Source of the DNA: an uncultured Planctomycetaceae bacterium
GTDB lineage: Bacteria > Planctomycetota > Planctomycetia > Planctomycetales > Planctomycetaceae
Reading direction: 5' to 3'
Length of the DNA stretch: 64,000 bases
Assembly (NCBI GenBank): GCA_963815195.1
Contig: CAWFGE010000021.1
Span: 96,001-160,000 of the forward strand
The position numbers and the translations under genes are program-made. How positions within the stretch are numbered: position 1 is the stretch's first letter; every line of letters starts with the position of its first letter. The notes beneath the pieces were generated by a model. That model did not search any database, had not been told where the DNA came from, and saw nothing but the letters and a program-made list of their open reading frames with translations. Below are positions 60,783-64,000 of the stretch, in pieces.

Positions 60783-62057
60783 ATGAAACTGAAATCCGCT
60801 CTGATCGTCGCCTTCTTGTTTTGCCTGTTCGGTCAGGTTTTGAAAGCCGAGGCTCCGTTCAACTGGCCGCGGTGGCGCGGGCCTCAAGACAGCGGTAGCA
60901 TCGACAAGGGTAGCTATCCCGTCGAATGGAAGGCGGACCAGGTGCTTTGGAAGGCCGAACTCACCGGCAAAGGCTGCTCGACGCCCATTGTCTGGAACCA
61001 GCGAATCTATGTCACCACGCCTATCCAAGGGGAGGATGCCTTGGTCGCATTGGATGCTTCGGGAAAACAGATCTGGCAGGTCCAGTTCGGCAAGGAGAAC
61101 CCGGGCAAACACCGCAACGGCTCGGGCTGCAATGCGTCGCCTGTCACCGATGGCGAGGCAGTCTTCGTCTATTTCAAAAGCGGAGCCTTTGCGGCCGTCA
61201 ACTTGGATGGAACGATCCGCTGGCAGACGAATCTCGTGGAGCGGTTCGGACCCGACACGCTGTTTTGGGATCACGGGACGTCGCCCGTCTTGACGGAGCA
61301 GTTTGTCGTGATGGCGAGAATGCATCACGGAGAATCCTGGCTGGCCGCCTTCGACAAAGCCACCGGCGAGATGAAATGGAAGGTGCCCCGGAACTACAAG
61401 ACGCCCACGGAAGGCGATCACGGCTATTCCACGCCTCTGGTGCTCAAGCACAAAGGGAAGGAAGGCCTCTTGGTTTGGGGCGCTCAGCACCTGACATTTC
61501 ATGATGCGGCCGACGGCAACGTCTTATGGACCTGCGGCGGGTTCAATCCGGAGTCGAACGCGCTTTGGCCTTCGATTGCCACGCCGGTCGTGTGCGGAGA
61601 CATCGCCGTCATCGCCTTCGGGCGCAACGACCGCGGGATTCCCCGGCTGCACGGGATTCGGCTCGGCGGCGAGGGCGATGTGACGGAGACGCACCGCATT
61701 TGGAAGCGCACCGACATCGGGACGTTTGTGCCGACACCCGTCGCCTACAAAGGGAAAGTTTATTTGCTCGGAGACAAGGGGGACATTCACTGCCTGGACC
61801 CGGCCACCGGAAAAACCGTGTGGAGCGATGCCTTCCCCAAACACCGCGCGAAGTTCTATAGCTCGCCGCTTATTGCGGGCGGCCGGCTTTACGCGCCCCG
61901 CGAAGACGGCGTCGTGTTGGTGGCGGATGTGGAAAACGGCTTTCAGCTCCTCGCGGAAAATCCGATGGGAGAATCGATCATCGCTTCACCCGTCGCCGAT
62001 GCGGATCGGCTCCTGTTCCGCGGAATCCACCATCTCTATTGCGTCTCGGACAAATAA
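60783..62057 (+). CDS. PQQ-binding-like beta-propeller repeat protein
   Basis: Signal peptide, NWPRWRGP, STPIVW, AFDKATGEMKW, CLDPATGKTVW, SSPLIAGGRLY and LYCV. Confidence 0.9.
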   Translation: MKLKSALIVAFLFCLFGQVLKAEAPFNWPRWRGPQDSGSIDKGSYPVEWKADQVLWKAELTGKGCSTPIVWNQRIYVTTPIQGEDALVALDASGKQIWQVQFGKENPGKHRNGSGCNASPVTDGEAVFVYFKSGAFAAVNLDGTIRWQTNLVERFGPDTLFWDHGTSPVLTEQFVVMARMHHGESWLAAFDKATGEMKWKVPRNYKTPTEGDHGYSTPLVLKHKGKEGLLVWGAQHLTFHDAADGNVLWTCGGFNPESNALWPSIATPVVCGDIAVIAFGRNDRGIPRLHGIRLGGEGDVTETHRIWKRTDIGTFVPTPVAYKGKVYLLGDKGDIHCLDPATGKTVWSDAFPKHRAKFYSSPLIAGGRLYAPREDGVVLVADVENGFQLLAENPMGESIIASPVADADRLLFRGIHHLYCVSDK

Positions 62058-62080
62058 CCCGTCCGCAATGAGGCGGCGGG

Positions 62081-63970
62081 TCACTCCGCGGGCGGGGTCC
62101 AGTCGGCGGAGTTCTTCTTGCGCCGCGAGGGCCAGAGCCCGCCGACGAGGAACACGCCGGCTGCGAACGCGCAGCAGCCGGCGAACCAGTCGCCGAACTT
62201 CACATACAGGCTTTCGCGGTTGTCCAGCGGAATGTCGTGGACCAGCACCGCGTTGAGTTGCTTGTGATACTGTCCCGTCTTGGGATCACGCATCGAATCC
62301 CGGTCCTGGTCGTCGCTGTCGTAATACAGGGTCGGCTCGACGACCACGCCGTCGCCGTCCACAAACGCCGAGATGCCCGTGTTCGCTGCCCGCGCCAAAG
62401 GCGTCCTGCACTCCACCGCGCGGAATTGGGCGGTGATGAGATGCTGGTCGAGCTCGCTCGATCCGTGAAACCAGCCGTCGTTCGTCAAAACCACGAGACA
62501 ATCCACCGGCCGATCTTTGCTCGCGGCCGATTTGACAACCCCCCGCACCAGATGCGGCACCGTGTCTTCGTAACAGATCAGCGGGGCGATTCGATACTGC
62601 CCCAAGGGGAAGATCGACGCCGAGGTTCCCGCGGCAATGCCGAAGCCTTCGGTGAACGGCGTCAGCGACCGCAGCCAGGGCAGCTCCTCGCGGAAGGGAA
62701 TGTACTCACCGAACACGACGCGGTGCATTTTGTCGTATCGACCGGTGAGTCCCAGCCCTTGCTCGACGAAGGCCGCGGAGTTGTAGGCCTCGACGCCGGT
62801 TTGATCCGCGACGACGGCATCCACGCCGATCAAAAGCGACGCCCCCGCCTGATTGCTCAATCGCGCGAGCAACGCTTGCGACTGTCCCGACCGCCAATGC
62901 TTCGGTTCGACGCCGGGCGCCATCCGCAAAAGGTCGGTCTCCGACAGGTTCTTGTCCGCGACGAACAGCGGATTGCGGTACATGGTCTCGGGCCAGACGA
63001 TCAAGTCGGGCCGATGTCCCAGTTTGACGGCCTTGCCCGTCAAGCGGTAATGGGTCTCGACAATCTGCCCGGCTTCTCGCGGGTCGTGCTTGAGGCTGGC
63101 GGTGAAGTTGCCTTGAATCAAAGCGATCCGCGGACCGGCTTGGAAGTCCGCCTGGCTCCGCCGGACAAATCCGTACACGACCACCGCCCCGAAGAATAGC
63201 AGCGCCACGAGCACCGGCACAAAGGGCCGGCGGCTGGTTTGCACATGGGCGTTGTCCCCGGCATCGGGCGGCAAGAGTCGCAGGCGGGCGAACACGGCGA
63301 GCGGAACCAGACCCGCAAGCGCCGCCGCGGACATCGCCATCAGGAAGCTCACGCCATAGGCCCCGGTGATGTCGCTGATTTGGATCAGTTCCACAAAGCG
63401 GTATTGGGAATGCCCCAGGTAATACCAGGCAAACCCCGTCGAGAGGTGGGCTTTCAGATATTCCCCCGCCACCCACGCCGCGGGAAACGCGAGCGTCATC
63501 GGCACGTGATACCGATGCACCGCCACCCGCGACAGCCAGACGCACGCTGGCATATACATCGCCAAATGCGCGGAGAGGGCCAGCCAGGCCAGATACATCG
63601 CCGGGTCGCCCAGCCGCATCCACTGGATCGCGGGCACATAAAACGCGAGGCCCCCGACGTAAAGCGCGAAATACATCCCGCGGGTCCGCTCTTGGATGCG
63701 GACCAGGAGCAAAATTGGCACGACGGCCACCCACGCCAACGGTCCCAAATCCAAAGGCGGATAACTCGCCCACAACATCCCCGCCGTCAACAGAGACAAC
63801 GCCCAAGCCCCCCGCGCAGGCGCCCGCAACGGCGTGGACCGGGCCGCCTCGATGATTTGCTCCACCGTCAAATCCCCGGATTTCGGTTTGGAAGGCGAGG
63901 CGGCAGCGGTGGAGGAAACCGAGGTCGGCGACGAGGCAGGCATAAGATCAGTTGGCATGGGTCGGTCCAT
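62081..63970 (-). CDS. lnt: Apolipoprotein N-acyltransferase
   Basis: TM N-terminus, [54 protein letters not shown] and ANTGIS motifs. The start is uncertain. Confidence 0.95.
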   Translation of the reverse strand: MDRPMPTDLMPASSPTSVSSTAAASPSKPKSGDLTVEQIIEAARSTPLRAPARGAWALSLLTAGMLWASYPPLDLGPLAWVAVVPILLLVRIQERTRGMYFALYVGGLAFYVPAIQWMRLGDPAMYLAWLALSAHLAMYMPACVWLSRVAVHRYHVPMTLAFPAAWVAGEYLKAHLSTGFAWYYLGHSQYRFVELIQISDITGAYGVSFLMAMSAAALAGLVPLAVFARLRLLPPDAGDNAHVQTSRRPFVPVLVALLFFGAVVVYGFVRRSQADFQAGPRIALIQGNFTASLKHDPREAGQIVETHYRLTGKAVKLGHRPDLIVWPETMYRNPLFVADKNLSETDLLRMAPGVEPKHWRSGQSQALLARLSNQAGASLLIGVDAVVADQTGVEAYNSAAFVEQGLGLTGRYDKMHRVVFGEYIPFREELPWLRSLTPFTEGFGIAAGTSASIFPLGQYRIAPLICYEDTVPHLVRGVVKSAASKDRPVDCLVVLTNDGWFHGSSELDQHLITAQFRAVECRTPLARAANTGISAFVDGDGVVVEPTLYYDSDDQDRDSMRDPKTGQYHKQLNAVLVHDIPLDNRESLYVKFGDWFAGCCAFAAGVFLVGGLWPSRRKKNSADWTPPAE

Positions 63971-64000
63971 CCGTGGACGAAGGGAAGTGAGGTTCGCTGG

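Noticed and set aside
59554..62057. FG-GAP and PQQ-like propeller genes as members of the MoxR-beta-propeller system
   Set aside because: They are divergently transcribed, carry signal peptides, and belong to families common in planctomycetes. The MoxR operon products look cytoplasmic.
1..64000. tRNA, rRNA, integrase, transposase, reverse transcriptase or prophage genes
   Set aside because: None was recognised in the ORF track or by reading the intergenic regions.

Overview
GC-rich bacterial DNA that looks like a planctomycete (Planctomycetaceae-like). Supporting markers are an LEDRTLL N-terminal motif, a DUF1559/H-X9-DG protein, an ECF sigma/Ser-Thr kinase pair, a PEP-CTERM protein, a sulfatase and many REP-like palindromes. 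Many genes, including the normally essential fabF, contain frame breaks, most likely assembly indels. Left to right: GIY-YIG/DUF4357 nuclease; a cohesin-like PEP-CTERM protein directly downstream of a ~2,900-aa beta-helix-repeat surface protein ending in a dockerin, divergent from an ECF sigma plus Ser/Thr kinase; a partial Tad/Flp pilus locus (flp-cpaA-cpaB-cpaC-cpaE) with densely structured intergenic regions; sulfatase and comB; a CzcCBA-like RND efflux operon, a Fur-family regulator and an EF-hand protein; iscS-like desulfurase; plsX-fabD-acpP-fabF; a candidate ~300-nt independently transcribed structured RNA; an SF2 helicase; LRR/TPR and cadherin-like proteins; a NagB-PIG-L fusion; a CBS-domain antiporter; DUF1559 and DUF2306 proteins; a five-gene MoxR-vWA-beta-propeller (bpX-type) conflict operon; two secreted propeller proteins; and lnt. 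The three best leads are the dockerin/cohesin-PEP-CTERM anchoring module (1.2-14.2 kb), the orphan multibranched RNA (38.4-38.7 kb) and the MoxR ternary operon (51.3-59.3 kb). All family calls come from motif recognition by eye; no database search was run.
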